A stretch of 64,000 bases of DNA, from assembly GCA_052327205.1 (NCBI GenBank), contig CM126210.1:163246001-163310000 (forward strand), given 5' to 3'. Positions 63,685 to 64,000 of this stretch are shown piece by piece. This DNA comes from Somniosus microcephalus. Lineage: Eukaryota. The position numbers and the translations under genes were made by a program. Position 1 is the first letter of the stretch. Every line of letters starts with the position of its first letter. The notes below the pieces were generated by a model. That model was not told the origin of the DNA. It did no database searches and worked only from the letters and a program-made list of their open reading frames with translations.

Positions 63685-64000
63685 ATTCCCTTGCCACCGA
63701 TTCCAAACCTCTCCCTGGCTACTTTCATAAACTTAACTGGACCAGCCACGTAAATACTGTGGCTACAAGAGCAGGTCAGAAGCTGGGCATTCCGTGGCGA
63801 GTGTCTCACCTCCTGACTCCCCAAAGCCTTTCCACCATGTGCAAGGCACAAGTCAGGAGTGTGATGGAATACACTCCACTTGCCTGGATGAGTGCAGCTC
63901 CAACAACACTCAAGAAGCTCGACACCGGCCAGGACAAAGCAGCCCGCTTGATTGGCACCCCATCCACCACCTTAAACATTCACTCCCTCCACCATGGTGC
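63685..64000 (+). mobile_element. CR1-like LINE fragment running off the window end
   Basis: KLNWTSHVNTVATRAGQKLGI...KAQVRSVMEYTPLAWMSAAPTTLKKLDT. Same family as 33050. Confidence 0.85.

Overview
This is vertebrate genomic DNA, most likely from a shark or ray, inferred from HE1/V-SINE-like, SacSINE-like, CR1, L2 and Penelope repeats. It holds two host genes in the convergent order known from human 6q16. The first is the single-exon POU class III gene POU3F2 (17797-18948, +). The second is FBXL4, of which the last two coding exons are present (61202-61514 and 47151-47314, -); the ORF track misses the last exon. Most other ORFs in the track are noise or transposon debris. The most unusual structure is at 5.7-13.5 kb. 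A 30-bp minisatellite built from NNTCAG hexamers is split by an L2 LINE and by a 2.7-kb CpG-rich element with 18-bp TIRs (8046-10751). That element consists of two long imperfect fold-backs, and the second encloses a Harbinger-type Myb/SANT gene remnant. A decayed Tigger/pogo transposase follows it. Also present are Penelope fragments carrying minimal hammerhead ribozyme motifs and a decayed two-gene Harbinger in the last FBXL4 intron. All alignments were done by eye, so TE boundaries and identities are approximate.
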